From the IMG/VR virus record IMGVR_UViG_3300029319_000007: a stretch of DNA of 64,000 nt; one strand, written 5' to 3'. The notes beneath the pieces were generated by a model. That model worked only from the letters and a program-made list of their open reading frames with translations, was not told where the DNA came from and searched no databases. Source of the stretch: a virus. Position numbers and translations under genes: made by a program. Positions 38,523 through 49,501 of the stretch are shown here, piece by piece (position 1 is the first letter of the stretch; each line of letters opens with the position of its first letter).

Positions 38523-39050
38523 TTATGTTGTAGTGTTGCTTTCCCAATATTGGTATCTCCAAGTACATGTGAATTGTTCTAACTCAGTCGCTGGTGCGTA
38601 AGTTAATTCAATTGCTTCTAATGACTTAGGAAACATACCTCTAAAGGTATAAGACTTGATTGTGTTTCCGTTTCTATCTAAGTGATCTACGAAAGCGTCA
38701 ACTTGATAATCTACAGGATTAACTAAACCTTCATTATCTGAATGATTGTTAATACCGTTTGACCATCTTTCAATTGCATTTCTGATACTAAAGTCTGTAT
38801 CATTAATGATTGTAGTTGTCCACTCTGCAAACTCTCTATCACCTGCTAGATAAACATTTCTGCCTCTAAAAGGTATAGTGATTTCACCTAGTGTTGACGC
38901 AGGTAGTTGAGTAGAAGTACATAAAAATGCCATGCTCTCTGTCTCTCCACCTACAGCAGCGAATCCAGGAAAAGGTAAAGTAACCTTAAACTGGTTTGCT
39001 CTTGCGCCGCCGCCTTTGAGTTTTGATACGAAATCAGTTATATTAGCCAT
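38523..39050 (-). CDS. gp19: Tail tube protein
   Basis: GGARANQF, FRGR...AGDR.F..W, F..TW.YQYWE. Confidence 0.96.
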   Translation of the reverse strand: MANITDFVSKLKGGGARANQFKVTLPFPGFAAVGGETESMAFLCTSTQLPASTLGEITIPFRGRNVYLAGDREFAEWTTTIINDTDFSIRNAIERWSNGINNHSDNEGLVNPVDYQVDAFVDHLDRNGNTIKSYTFRGMFPKSLEAIELTYAPATELEQFTCTWRYQYWESNTTT

Positions 39051-39064
39051 TTTCTATCTCCCTC

Positions 39065-41074
39065 CTATGCGCCTGCAACTTCACTAAATGCAACACCTGA
39101 TCGTGTAGCAATAAAGTTAAGTTTGATGAAGTTAATAGAACGATTAGGTTTGATGAATATGTCAGCAATAAATTCGTTTCTATCAATTACTTCACCTGTG
39201 TTGTTTGTTTCGTCACACACTACTGAGAAGTCTGTTAAACCTCTTCTACCTTGTATATCTCTTAGGAAAGGTTCTACTAAGTTTCTAAATTGTGCTCTTG
39301 TAAATTCATCATTGAACTCAAAGAGTTGAAATTTAGCAGCAGTAGATATTGCTTTCTCTAAAGTGATAAACAGTCTTCTAACATTAATTCTGTCAAAAGC
39401 ACTAGGTTTTGTTTGTGCCGTTTTGTCCCCAAATAGAACAGTACCTTGACCAGGGAATGTCACAACTGGATTTACTCTTGCTTTGTAGAGTTCATCTCTT
39501 TGTGTCTGATTAGGGTTGAACGCAAGTTTTACAGCACCTCTAATTTGTCCTCTACTGAAACCAGCAGGTGAAAAGTGAGGGTCTGCTACTGTGTCTGTTC
39601 TTGCACATAATCCAGCAATGTCACCGTTTAATGGTACAAATCTAAAGACATCATTATATTTGTCGTATTGATATTTGTAACCACTATCAATGACAGCATA
39701 AGAAGAACTAGAAAGTCCGTCTGCGAATGCTTTTACATTTGCTGTTTGTGATATTGGGTCTGATACATTTACAACATCTGCTCTTGCAGGTGAAATAAAT
39801 GCTACTATATCTTTTCTTGCTTCTGCAATATCAATCATTTTAGTAGCGTGAGTATCTCCAGTTGCGTCTGCTGCTGAAGCACCACCACCTTGTGATGGTC
39901 CGCCAATTAAGAAGTTGATATCTACTGATTCTGCGTCAGCAAATTTATCATATGCTAATGCCATTTCAGCAAGAGTAGGTTCGTTGTCGTCTGTGCCGCC
40001 TGATAGACTTGCACTAAACACAGCGATTGCTGATGAACCTACAGCGTCAAAAGTTACCGCTACCTTAGTAGTTGCGTTTAACTTAGGTGACCCTGCGTTT
40101 GCTAAAGTTCCTTCATGATCCATCCAGTAAATGAACTCACTATCTCTATAAAGTACATCTACATAAAAGTTTGAATTACCTTGAGCGTCTTTTGCGTCTG
40201 AAGCCTGTGATAGTCCCTCGAAAGTTTCTAAAACAGAACCAGCAGTACCTGAGATACCACCGTCTTCGTCTACAACAGCAATGTGTAATTCATCTGCTGA
40301 AGCACCTGCTGCCGCTGCGTCATCAGTAGTTGATGGTGCGTTAGAAAAATTGAAATAATATTCCCAATGTCTTCTAACATGTGCATTATCTGCTACTGCG
40401 TGTCTTAATCCGCCTGTTGAAGTGTTACCTGTTGCAGGATCAAATCTTGATATTGTTAATACATGAGTTGCAATGTTTGTAACCTTGTAATAATTGCCTG
40501 ATGGAGCAGCAGTGAAGTTACCACTTATATCTCCAAACTCTAATATGTCACCAACTTGTACACCTGTACCTGCGTCTACTGTAACCGTAGTATCGCCAAT
40601 AGATTTTGCACCATTGACCAGATTACTACCGCCTAATAAACTACGATACGCTGTTGCGTTAGTACACATAGAGACTTTAAGATTATTACCGGCCGTACCT
40701 GCTTCTCTTGCCGCCCATGACCCTACATCGGCCTGACCGGTTCCGTAATTGTCTAAGTAATCAGTTGTGTTTTTTATCTGGATACCTGTACCGCCTGAGG
40801 CAGCATTAAGGTTGCCAGTAACCGCTCTGACTACTCGTAAAGCGTTTCCGTACTGTAAAAAGTTGGTTGCACTAAAAAAGTATTCGAAAGTTTTAGCATC
40901 TGGTTTACCAAATACTCTAACATATTCGTCTTCACTAGAGATTAAAGTAATCTCATCCATTGGCCCTTTCTCACTAACAACACCAATAGCACCTATTGAA
41001 GTAGATACTGCAGGTATTACATTAGTAAGATCCTTTTCAGTCACTAGAACACCTGGTGATACTAAAAAAGCCAT
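39065..41074 (-). CDS. gp18: Tail sheath protein
   Basis: SPGV...EKDLT, FSPAGF.RG, FDRINVRRLF, FEFNDEFTR. Confidence 0.98.
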   Translation of the reverse strand: MAFLVSPGVLVTEKDLTNVIPAVSTSIGAIGVVSEKGPMDEITLISSEDEYVRVFGKPDAKTFEYFFSATNFLQYGNALRVVRAVTGNLNAASGGTGIQIKNTTDYLDNYGTGQADVGSWAAREAGTAGNNLKVSMCTNATAYRSLLGGSNLVNGAKSIGDTTVTVDAGTGVQVGDILEFGDISGNFTAAPSGNYYKVTNIATHVLTISRFDPATGNTSTGGLRHAVADNAHVRRHWEYYFNFSNAPSTTDDAAAAGASADELHIAVVDEDGGISGTAGSVLETFEGLSQASDAKDAQGNSNFYVDVLYRDSEFIYWMDHEGTLANAGSPKLNATTKVAVTFDAVGSSAIAVFSASLSGGTDDNEPTLAEMALAYDKFADAESVDINFLIGGPSQGGGASAADATGDTHATKMIDIAEARKDIVAFISPARADVVNVSDPISQTANVKAFADGLSSSSYAVIDSGYKYQYDKYNDVFRFVPLNGDIAGLCARTDTVADPHFSPAGFSRGQIRGAVKLAFNPNQTQRDELYKARVNPVVTFPGQGTVLFGDKTAQTKPSAFDRINVRRLFITLEKAISTAAKFQLFEFNDEFTRAQFRNLVEPFLRDIQGRRGLTDFSVVCDETNNTGEVIDRNEFIADIFIKPNRSINFIKLNFIATRSGVAFSEVAGA

Positions 41075-41126
41075 CTTGTTTTCTCCTTTGAGTAGTTAAA
41101 TTTTAATATTAAAATATTACTGAAAC

Positions 41127-41134
41127 TATTTATA
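41127..41134 (-). promoter_or_regulatory. Late promoter TATAAATA (gp18)
   Basis: Exact consensus, intergenic. Confidence 0.8.
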
Positions 41135-41145
41135 AAATGCACGAT

Positions 41146-42780
41146 TTACCAACCTTTCTTGTACTTGATTGGTGTCCATGTCGTGCCATATGGGTCTTGA
41201 AAACTTTCAGATTCTTGTAATCCATCATCTACAAAACCAAAAGGCGCCATATCTTGTTCTAACATTTTTGATTGTTCATCTACAAGTCTTGCTCTTATAT
41301 CTTGATCTGTCAATTCTTTAAAATATGTTTGATTAGATAACCACGCAAACATAACAAGACACGCAACTAAATCATCATTAGCACCTTCTTCTGCTTCATA
41401 CTTTTCTTTACCTTTAAGTATGTAAGTTGATAATTCACTAATAATATCAAAATCTTGTATAATGAGTTTATCATGTTCAATTAGTGTTTTTAAGTTTGAA
41501 CAACCTATTTTTTTTACTGCCTTAGTAGTTCTTAATCCTAATTGTGATTGTCTACCACTAAAACCTGTACCTGCGATTTGACCTGATCTACCTCGTTGAT
41601 TAACCATAATAAGATTATCATATTCTAAATCATATTGTAATGTGTCTGCAACTTGACCACCTATATCATTTACTTCAACTAATACCTCTGCATTGTTATA
41701 TGATTTTGCAATCTTGTAAACTATCTGAGGAAATACTAAAGGTTTTATTTCATTGTTTTTATATTTTGCGACAATATTATAAGGTATTCTTGTTGCGTCA
41801 ACAACAACAAATGCTGAATTATCGTTTACTGTGCCTCTCGCAACATCAACTGTAATAACATATCTCTTATCTTTTTTTGGTTCTTCATACATGTCAAGTC
41901 CTGCATTACTTGTTTTAGGATTAACATGAGACATTGTTCTTAATTTAGAACTATTGATTAATGTATCTACACTACCTAAGAACTCACACTCAAACTCTGT
42001 TTGAAATTGTTGTTCACTTGTATTCTTTATTGTTTCTTCTTTCCATTTTTCGTCACGACCAGGTACTTCTGACCAATGCACTTCAATGGGTTTATAACTA
42101 TTGCGTTCATGTATTGCGTCATTCCATAATTTGTAAAACATATTCATACCATGAGGTGTAGAAACTATCATAACTTTAGAACTTGTACCTGAAGATATTG
42201 TAGGATAAACTGAACTAAAAAATTGTTCTGCAATATTTGTAGGCACATATGCGAACTCATCTAAGAATATAATGTTGTATGAACCACCACGAACAGCACT
42301 AGAAGAAGTAGCAGCGGCAAGTATTCTACTACCGTTTTCTAATTCTAAACTACCTTTGTTCCAATTAATTACACCTTGTTGTATAAACTTAGGTAAGTTT
42401 TCATATGCAAGTTGTAATCGACCTAATAAGTCTCTTGCAATCGCTGCTTTGTTTGCAAGTATTGCTATGTTAACATTAGAATTAAATATTGCATAATGTA
42501 ATAAGTATGCGATAATTGTTGTTGACTTGCCTGACTGTCTAGGCAACTTACATATACTAAAACGATTAGTATGAAATGTATCAACCATTTCTTTTTGAAA
42601 GTTAAACATCTTAAATGGTTGTAAACCATGATCAAGTGTCACTATCTTTAAATAGTTTTCTATAAAGTAAATAGGGTTATCTTGACAGCGTATAAATTCT
42701 TCAACTTGTTTTTTTGTGAATTTAACTTTTTGATTTGCTGCCTTTAGATTAGGATTACCTAGATAAGTTTTATTTTCCAT
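41146..42780 (-). CDS. gp17: Terminase large subunit
   Basis: YLGNPNLK, PRQSGKST, LDEFA, STPHG, VDVARG, DDLV. Confidence 0.98.
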   Translation of the reverse strand: MENKTYLGNPNLKAANQKVKFTKKQVEEFIRCQDNPIYFIENYLKIVTLDHGLQPFKMFNFQKEMVDTFHTNRFSICKLPRQSGKSTTIIAYLLHYAIFNSNVNIAILANKAAIARDLLGRLQLAYENLPKFIQQGVINWNKGSLELENGSRILAAATSSSAVRGGSYNIIFLDEFAYVPTNIAEQFFSSVYPTISSGTSSKVMIVSTPHGMNMFYKLWNDAIHERNSYKPIEVHWSEVPGRDEKWKEETIKNTSEQQFQTEFECEFLGSVDTLINSSKLRTMSHVNPKTSNAGLDMYEEPKKDKRYVITVDVARGTVNDNSAFVVVDATRIPYNIVAKYKNNEIKPLVFPQIVYKIAKSYNNAEVLVEVNDIGGQVADTLQYDLEYDNLIMVNQRGRSGQIAGTGFSGRQSQLGLRTTKAVKKIGCSNLKTLIEHDKLIIQDFDIISELSTYILKGKEKYEAEEGANDDLVACLVMFAWLSNQTYFKELTDQDIRARLVDEQSKMLEQDMAPFGFVDDGLQESESFQDPYGTTWTPIKYKKGW

Positions 42781-43174
42781 TTTTCTTTATCAACTTTTGT
42801 AATTCTGCTGTTGAACCTACAAACAAATTATTTTCAACTTTGTTAGGTGCTTTCTTTGTTTCTTCACCTAACTTTTTCATTTTTTCTTGTAGTTGTAAAA
42901 GTTTTTCTGTGACTTCACCCACATTTTTAATTAACTGACCTGCAACTTCATATGTTCTAGGATGCTCTGTTTCTTTTGCAAGTGTTAATATACCATCAAT
43001 AGCGTCTTGTCCTCTCTCTACAAGATTATACAAATTCTCACGACTATATTTGTAATCGTTAGTGATATCCTCTTGTTCTTTAGGACGAGGTATTACAGTT
43101 TTACTTTCAACAGGTACGACATCTTTTTCTGCAATGTCTAATATCTCGTTGAGTTTATCCTCAACTTTTTTCAT
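42770..43174 (-). CDS. gp16: Terminase small subunit
   Basis: DYKYSRENLY, HPRTYEVAGQL, FVGSTAELQK. Confidence 0.94.
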   Translation of the reverse strand: MKKVEDKLNEILDIAEKDVVPVESKTVIPRPKEQEDITNDYKYSRENLYNLVERGQDAIDGILTLAKETEHPRTYEVAGQLIKNVGEVTEKLLQLQEKMKKLGEETKKAPNKVENNLFVGSTAELQKLIKKNGK

Positions 43175-43992
43175 TACGAATCTTTATCAGTACCAGAAAC
43201 AGGATCATATGTGTCAGCGTCTTGAAAGAAAGAACGCTCTTCGTTAAATCCAAAGTTATCATCAGCGTCTGCTGTTGTAGGCGTTGGTGTAATAACTATT
43301 CTTTGTTCTCTCTTAGGTGAGTTAACTGCCACATCTGTGTATTGATCAACTTGAACTCTCTTAATAACTTTTTGACTTGTGACAGGTCCATATAAGTACA
43401 TCTTTGCTGTAAAGTTTAAAGTATACATTAATACTCGTCTATCTGTAAACGCACCGTCATAAGTATCTTCGTATGCTACATCATTTAAAACGATAGGTAC
43501 ATCACGAACAATATCTAATGTTGGCATAACATTTAAAGTTATTGTGTAATCTGGTTGAAACATAGGTAATATTTGTTCTACTATTTGTAATGCGTCTTCA
43601 CTATTTTTCGCCATCGCAAATAAAGAAAAACCTACATTATAAGGTACAGGCATAAATGCATGTTGTAATGATTTACTGTCTGAGGTTTTTACCTTTTTAA
43701 ACTTTTGTATTCTATTTAATTTTCTACCTGGGTCATACTGCAAGTTTGTCATTTCAAAACCTAATCTAGGTAATGTAATTGATGTTGTCTTTGGATCTGC
43801 AGCAGAACGAGCAGTATCATTATCTATTCTTTGTAAAAATTTTTGTTTTGGTCCATACGCCAAAGGTACTTTCATTTTTTGTATTGTTTTACCAGTTGAA
43901 TTTTTACGATATACATACATATCGTTGAATAAAGTACCAAACGCAACAACGGTCTTTCGTATCAATTCATGGTATTGAGCATCCTTAAACAT
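43174..43992 (-). CDS. gp15: Tail sheath stabiliser/terminator
   Basis: FGTLFND, VPLAYGPKQKF, LPRLGFE, QIVEQILP.FQP. Confidence 0.95.
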   Translation of the reverse strand: MFKDAQYHELIRKTVVAFGTLFNDMYVYRKNSTGKTIQKMKVPLAYGPKQKFLQRIDNDTARSAADPKTTSITLPRLGFEMTNLQYDPGRKLNRIQKFKKVKTSDSKSLQHAFMPVPYNVGFSLFAMAKNSEDALQIVEQILPMFQPDYTITLNVMPTLDIVRDVPIVLNDVAYEDTYDGAFTDRRVLMYTLNFTAKMYLYGPVTSQKVIKRVQVDQYTDVAVNSPKREQRIVITPTPTTADADDNFGFNEERSFFQDADTYDPVSGTDKDS

Positions 43993-44002
43993 TGTTTATC
44001 TC

Positions 44003-44869
44003 CTATTTTCTTACATCACCAAAAGGATTGTTTTCTGAGAAATCAAATATATCATTATCTGAATCAAAGTCATCTAATCCCGCTGCTGTGTCAAATGCTT
44101 TATTATCTGCGTCACTAGTATCAGTTATCATATTCTCTGTGACTGCGTCTTCTAATATTATATATTCTAGATAGTTAGGGTCATCTTCAAGTATGATGTT
44201 ATCACTATCAGTTTCATCAACAATTGTATCGCCTGCTTCTGATAATAATACTTGTACATCACCTGTTATATTTTCTGATAGTAATGAACCTGATGAAGTT
44301 GTGCCACTTTCTAATGATATTTGATTTTCTAAAACATCTAAAGTGACTGTATCTAATCTGTCATCTATATCTTCTACACCAGTTTCAACACTTTCTGAAC
44401 TATATTCCCACATAGAACATTTAAGTTTGAAGATAGGCAGATCATTAATCTGATACATAGGATCTTCATCTTCAACAAAATCAATCTGCCAAAACTTTTT
44501 AAATAATGGCATCCATATAATATCACCTTCTCTAGGTCTATTAATTGAAAGTGTGTTTGATGTATTATCTACTAATATTTCGAATTGTCTTCTTGAAACA
44601 ACGAAAGTTAATTCATCTCTAACTTCTATGCCAAACTTACCTACTAAATCACCTTGACCTGCAAAACCATTTACATCTTCAACATACATCTCAATAGAGT
44701 ATGCGTCAGTAAATTTATCTGTAGTATTTCCTAAAATATCATCTCTAGATATTTCTTCTCTTGGCATGTAATACACATCATTGCCAAAGACTTTAAGTTG
44801 TTCTATTATTAAATCTTCGTAAAGTCTTTTTTCTGCATGTGTGCCATGTGAGAAATAAGTATTTCGCAT
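44003..44869 (-). CDS. gp14: Neck protein
   Basis: DVYYMPR, KFGIEVRDE, RPREGD, DFSE.NPFG. Confidence 0.94.
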   Translation of the reverse strand: MRNTYFSHGTHAEKRLYEDLIIEQLKVFGNDVYYMPREEISRDDILGNTTDKFTDAYSIEMYVEDVNGFAGQGDLVGKFGIEVRDELTFVVSRRQFEILVDNTSNTLSINRPREGDIIWMPLFKKFWQIDFVEDEDPMYQINDLPIFKLKCSMWEYSSESVETGVEDIDDRLDTVTLDVLENQISLESGTTSSGSLLSENITGDVQVLLSEAGDTIVDETDSDNIILEDDPNYLEYIILEDAVTENMITDTSDADNKAFDTAAGLDDFDSDNDIFDFSENNPFGDVRK

Positions 44870-44873
44870 AGCA

Positions 44874-45701
44874 TTATCCTACCATGTAATTAGGTGGTAA
44901 TTCGTAAGAAAGTTGTATTTGTTCTTCTAACTTTGTAATCTCATCTAGTGCTTGTGTATAGATTTGTTCACCATTCATTTGAACGCCACCTAACATTGCG
45001 ACACCTTGAAACTTAGATAAGTTAGCACCCCATTGTTTTTTAATTAATTGTATTAGATATTTTTTTAAAAAGATATCATCAAATACATTTGTAAAGGTTG
45101 CAGGGTCTAATTTTCTATAACATTCTATAATTAAAAAATCACCTGCGTCAACATCATTTGCCCAATCCATATCAATGTACAATCTACTTTTATGTTGATT
45201 ATATCTTAATGGTTTTTCACCAACTAATATATGATCTAATAAATCTAAATGTCTTAGTGTCATATCATAATGAATAATACTTGTAGATGAAAAGTCATAC
45301 AAGTCATTTAATCTTAATTGATATCTTACATCAAATAAATTTAGATTTGCCTTATCAGTAAAAGGGAAAACTTGTACTACAGATACAACTGACGAAGGCA
45401 TAGGTATATAATTTTTACCTTCTTTGAAAACTGCTGTTACCGTACTATCTGCTGTATCTGTGACAGTAGATAATGTTTCATTTGCTCTTGCTCTGGTCAC
45501 ATCATCTGAGGTGACTTGATATTTAAGATACATTCTCTCAACACCATCATAGTGATATTGTGCGAAATATTGTAGCGCCTCGTCAATACGATCTTCTACT
45601 TGATCATCTTCAACATTTATCTCTATAACAGGTTTACCTAATGCTCTTAGACAATACTGTTTTAGTGTTTCTCTTGTAGTTATTGGGTTATTTTGTGCCA
45701 T
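44874..45701 (-). CDS. gp13: Neck protein
   Basis: LK.YCLR.LG.PVI.INV, QWGANL.KF, GGVQ.NG. Confidence 0.95.
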   Translation of the reverse strand: MAQNNPITTRETLKQYCLRALGKPVIEINVEDDQVEDRIDEALQYFAQYHYDGVERMYLKYQVTSDDVTRARANETLSTVTDTADSTVTAVFKEGKNYIPMPSSVVSVVQVFPFTDKANLNLFDVRYQLRLNDLYDFSSTSIIHYDMTLRHLDLLDHILVGEKPLRYNQHKSRLYIDMDWANDVDAGDFLIIECYRKLDPATFTNVFDDIFLKKYLIQLIKKQWGANLSKFQGVAMLGGVQMNGEQIYTQALDEITKLEEQIQLSYELPPNYMVG

Positions 45702-45720
45702 GTTATAGTCCTTATCTGAC

Positions 45721-45728
45721 TATTTATA
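45721..45728 (-). promoter_or_regulatory. Late promoter TATAAATA (gp13)
   Basis: Exact consensus. Confidence 0.8.
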
Positions 45729-48332
45729 TTATCCTAATGCTATCGCTTGTGCAATTGCAAAAGAAGAAGACGCTTTTGCGTCTAATTGTGTTTGAATATT
45801 ACTAGAAACTCCATCTAAATGCCCTATTTCAGTAGAGGTTACGGCACTTACAGATACATCACCACTACCGTCTGAAACTAATGCTCTTGAAGCAGTTAAG
45901 TTTTCCATCTTACTAAACGCAATAGCAGCACTAGATTTAATGTCTGCATTTACTAAGTTTGTAATAGTGTTATTATCACTATCAATACTTTTGTTTGTAA
46001 GTGTATCAGTTGTTGCTTTACCTACTAAGGTATCAGTTGCATTTGGTAATGATACTGTTCTATCTGCTGTTGGGTCTACAACTGTTAATGTAGTTTCAAA
46101 ACTATCATTTGTTGCACCTTCAAATATCATAACTGCGTCTTCAAGTAAAGTTAATGAAGTACCTACAGTTGGCGTATTAATGATAGGACTTGTTAATGTT
46201 TTGTTTGTAAGTGTTTGACTTGCTGCAAGACCAACAAAACTCTCACTTTGTAATGCACTATTAAATTCTGATAAAGAACCAGTAAGTGTATTGTTTGCTA
46301 AATCAATAGATTTATTTGTGAGTGTTTCTGAACCTGTTAAAGAAGCAAAACTTTCTGATTGTAAAGCAGAGTTAAATTCTGCAAGTGAACCTGTAAGTGT
46401 ATTATTTGCTAAATCAATAGATTTATTTGTTAATGTATCAGTTGTTGCCTTACCTACTAATGTGTCAGTTGCGTTAGGTAATGTAATCGTTCTATCAGCA
46501 GTTGGATCTGTGACAGCAAGAGTTGTTTCAAAACTGTCTGCTGTACTACCTTCAAATACAATACTTGATGAGAAGACACCTGCTGATGTCACCTCTGATA
46601 AATTACCAGTTGTAATTACTGTACCTGAAACATTAGGAAAAGTTATTGTTCTATCTGCTGTTGGATCTGTGACAGCAAGAGTTGTTTCGAAACTATCTGC
46701 TGTGCTACCTTCGAATACAATAGTTGGACTATTGATTGTAGGTGAATTGATTGTAGGACTTGTTAATGTTTTATTTGTTAATGTATCAGTTGTTGTTTTA
46801 CCTACTAGTGTATCTGTAGTTGCAGGTAATGTTAAAGTTATATTGCCTGCAAACGCTGAGTGTGCTGGTGCTTGTAATCTAGCATAGTGTGCATTACTAC
46901 TTTCACAATAAAAATCTATTCGTGATTGTGTGCCACTATTTTTAAGTGATATAGAACCACTTTGTATATCTACATTACCATCTAATCTTACAACACCTGA
47001 ACCGTTAGGTGTAATTGCAATATTTCTATTCGAAGCAGATACGATAGCACTTGTTTCTACATCTAAGTCACCACCTAAACTAGGCGAACTATCGTCTGAA
47101 ACATTTGATAGACCTGCACCTGAAGCAGCAGTTGCTGATATAAATGATAAATTACCTGAACCGTCTGTTGCAAGTAGTTGATTTGCGTCACCATCATTAT
47201 TAGGTAAAACAAAACTTATATTACCTGAAATACTAGGCGAAACTAATGAAACATAATGTGAACCATCACTTGGGTCATATAATCTTAAACCTGCACTAGA
47301 AAAAGTACCTTTCGTGATTGATAAATCACCTGTAGTTGCACCAGTAAATGTACCAGTACCTACTGTAAACTCGTCAGCACTTTCATCAAAACCTATAAAG
47401 ACATTTGCACTACTACCTCTTTCACCTACAAGACCTACATCGCCTGAAGGTGTGCCAGATGTGCCAGTTGCTAATTCTATAAGTTTATCAGAAACAGTTG
47501 TATTAGTTGTAGATACAGTTGTTGTTGTACCATTGACTGTTAAATTACCTGTGACTGTTAGATTACCACCTATTGTCGGGTTATCTACAATACCTACTGT
47601 GACTGTACCTGAACTCTCTGCAACTGTAGTTTCATTTGTTGTACCAGCAAATGTTAATGTGCCACCTAATGATATAGCACTTGTATTAGAACCGTCTGAA
47701 ACTGTGATTGATGAATTACTTAATTTAGAATTGCCTATACTACCTGCAAGTTTAGAAGCAGCAATAGATCCTGCCAACATAGTATTTGTGACTGAACCTG
47801 TATCACCTGTAGTGACAATTGTACCTGTGACATTAGGTATTGTAATTGTTCTATCTGCTGTTGGGTCTGTGACTGTTAATGTTGTTTCAAAACTATCTGC
47901 TGTACTACCTTCAAATATAAAACTACCAGTTGTTGTTGCATTACCTGTAATCGCAGGTGTTGTTAATGTAGGACTTGTTAATGTTTTGTTTGTAAGTGTT
48001 TTAGATGTGCCAGAAAATAAAGTATCTAATTGTGCAAGTGTGACACGACCTTCAGTACCACCGTCTGATAATAAAAGTTTATCAGTTGTTGCTAGTGTTG
48101 CACTTTCTAGGTTAGTTGCACCGTCAATATTTACGATTGCCTCTACATTACCAAACTCTAATGCACTTGCACCAGAATTTACTTTTAATACTTGACCTGC
48201 ACTACCTATTGATAATGATACACCAAGACCACCATGTGTTAGACCTACAGTATCACCTGATTGAAATTCTGCTAGTCCTGTTGCGACATTACTGTCGTTA
48301 AAGACGGCTCTGATTGGTTTTTTATCTGCCAT
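45729..48332 (-). CDS. Thr/Ser-rich fibre-like virion protein with internal repeats
   Basis: Four FEG.T.DSFETTL.V.DPTADRT repeats and many TLTNK repeats. Confidence 0.8.
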   Translation of the reverse strand: MADKKPIRAVFNDSNVATGLAEFQSGDTVGLTHGGLGVSLSIGSAGQVLKVNSGASALEFGNVEAIVNIDGATNLESATLATTDKLLLSDGGTEGRVTLAQLDTLFSGTSKTLTNKTLTSPTLTTPAITGNATTTGSFIFEGSTADSFETTLTVTDPTADRTITIPNVTGTIVTTGDTGSVTNTMLAGSIAASKLAGSIGNSKLSNSSITVSDGSNTSAISLGGTLTFAGTTNETTVAESSGTVTVGIVDNPTIGGNLTVTGNLTVNGTTTTVSTTNTTVSDKLIELATGTSGTPSGDVGLVGERGSSANVFIGFDESADEFTVGTGTFTGATTGDLSITKGTFSSAGLRLYDPSDGSHYVSLVSPSISGNISFVLPNNDGDANQLLATDGSGNLSFISATAASGAGLSNVSDDSSPSLGGDLDVETSAIVSASNRNIAITPNGSGVVRLDGNVDIQSGSISLKNSGTQSRIDFYCESSNAHYARLQAPAHSAFAGNITLTLPATTDTLVGKTTTDTLTNKTLTSPTINSPTINSPTIVFEGSTADSFETTLAVTDPTADRTITFPNVSGTVITTGNLSEVTSAGVFSSSIVFEGSTADSFETTLAVTDPTADRTITLPNATDTLVGKATTDTLTNKSIDLANNTLTGSLAEFNSALQSESFASLTGSETLTNKSIDLANNTLTGSLSEFNSALQSESFVGLAASQTLTNKTLTSPIINTPTVGTSLTLLEDAVMIFEGATNDSFETTLTVVDPTADRTVSLPNATDTLVGKATTDTLTNKSIDSDNNTITNLVNADIKSSAAIAFSKMENLTASRALVSDGSGDVSVSAVTSTEIGHLDGVSSNIQTQLDAKASSSFAIAQAIALG
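46071..47920 (-). repeat. Intragenic direct repeats in the fibre gene
   Basis: Related ~60-90 bp units near 46071, 46501, 46661 and 47861; tandem NKSIDLANNTLTGSL.EFNSALQSESF duplication at about 46240-46435. Confidence 0.75.
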
Positions 48333-48341
48333 ATCTTATAT

Positions 48342-49499
48342 TTAGAACTGGAAAAGAGTAGGGTCGCTATCTGCTAACGCACTACCATTTGCCAATGTAA
48401 AAGTTTTTGTTCCTGTAAATACAAACTTCTCATCAATAATAGCATTGAACTCAAAGTCTGTGTTTTTTGTTGATAATCCTCCTGCTGCACTAAAAAAAGG
48501 TATAACCCTTGATACTTGACCAGCGGCACCAGCACTACCAGTTGATACAACGGCAAGTTGATTATCACCTGCTTTTGAACCTGCAGGTAATGTCGCACCT
48601 GTTGCTGCGATTGCTATTGAACCTGTTCCGTCTGAACTGATTGTTGCACCACCTAGATTAATTGTTTCTCCTGCTAAGAATATATCTTTCCATCTTTTAG
48701 CAGAACTACCTAAACTTCTAGTGCCATTACCATCAGGTACGATATCTTGATCTACTGCTGATAAATCACTTGCGACTTCACCAAAATCAAACTTATCAGT
48801 TGATGAATTATACTTTAATGCAAAACCATTTGCTTTTGAACTGTCGTCAACATCATCTAATTTTCTTAGATTAACTTCACCACCGCCACCTATTGATGAC
48901 ATTTGTTGTGTGACTATATCTTTAAATTTTTGAAACTCTTTTTTAACTTCATCTAAAGAACCTAATTCAGGTTGTTCTTTTAATGATTTATTTTTACTTA
49001 ATTCTTTTGATGTTAAATCTACTATGGGCGAAATGGTCTTGAGCGTTTCTGTTTCTTCGGGTTGCCTGTGTTCCAAGGTGTCCACAGATTCTCTACTGTC
49101 CACAGATTTTTTTCTTGTTCTTTTCTTTTTAGGTTTTTCTTGACCTGGCGTAATTTCTTTCGTGTGGTCTGCATAGTCTTTGCCAATTTCATAACTTTCT
49201 TCTTTCTTTGTTTCTTTTGCAAGTTGTGATAGTTGAGATAATAAACCTACTTTATCTTCTTTAGTAGTGACCTCTGGTTCTTTAAGTAATTTCTTTTTAG
49301 GTTCTGGTTGTGGTACAGGTTTTACTTTTGTTACCTTTGCAACCTGAGATAATTCTGCCATCATAGTGGCAAAAGAACTATCTTGATTTAACTCTTTTAT
49401 TTTGTCTTGTTTCTTTTGTTCTTCTTCTTGACGAACTTTACTTAGTTCATCTAGTAAAGAACCTAGATCATTAGAAACATCAACATTATCTTTACTCAT
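48342..49499 (-). CDS. Hypothetical virion-associated protein (charged N-terminus, fibre-like C-terminus)
   Basis: GGGGEVNLR.LDDVD and LGSSAKRWKDIFL motifs. Confidence 0.7.
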   Translation of the reverse strand: MSKDNVDVSNDLGSLLDELSKVRQEEEQKKQDKIKELNQDSSFATMMAELSQVAKVTKVKPVPQPEPKKKLLKEPEVTTKEDKVGLLSQLSQLAKETKKEESYEIGKDYADHTKEITPGQEKPKKKRTRKKSVDSRESVDTLEHRQPEETETLKTISPIVDLTSKELSKNKSLKEQPELGSLDEVKKEFQKFKDIVTQQMSSIGGGGEVNLRKLDDVDDSSKANGFALKYNSSTDKFDFGEVASDLSAVDQDIVPDGNGTRSLGSSAKRWKDIFLAGETINLGGATISSDGTGSIAIAATGATLPAGSKAGDNQLAVVSTGSAGAAGQVSRVIPFFSAAGGLSTKNTDFEFNAIIDEKFVFTGTKTFTLANGSALADSDPTLFQF

Positions 49500-49501
49500 G
49501 A

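Noticed and set aside
9986-42780. Introns or inteins in gp43, gp41, gp17, gp20 or gp23
   Set aside because: ORFs are continuous and of ordinary length, with no splicing motifs seen
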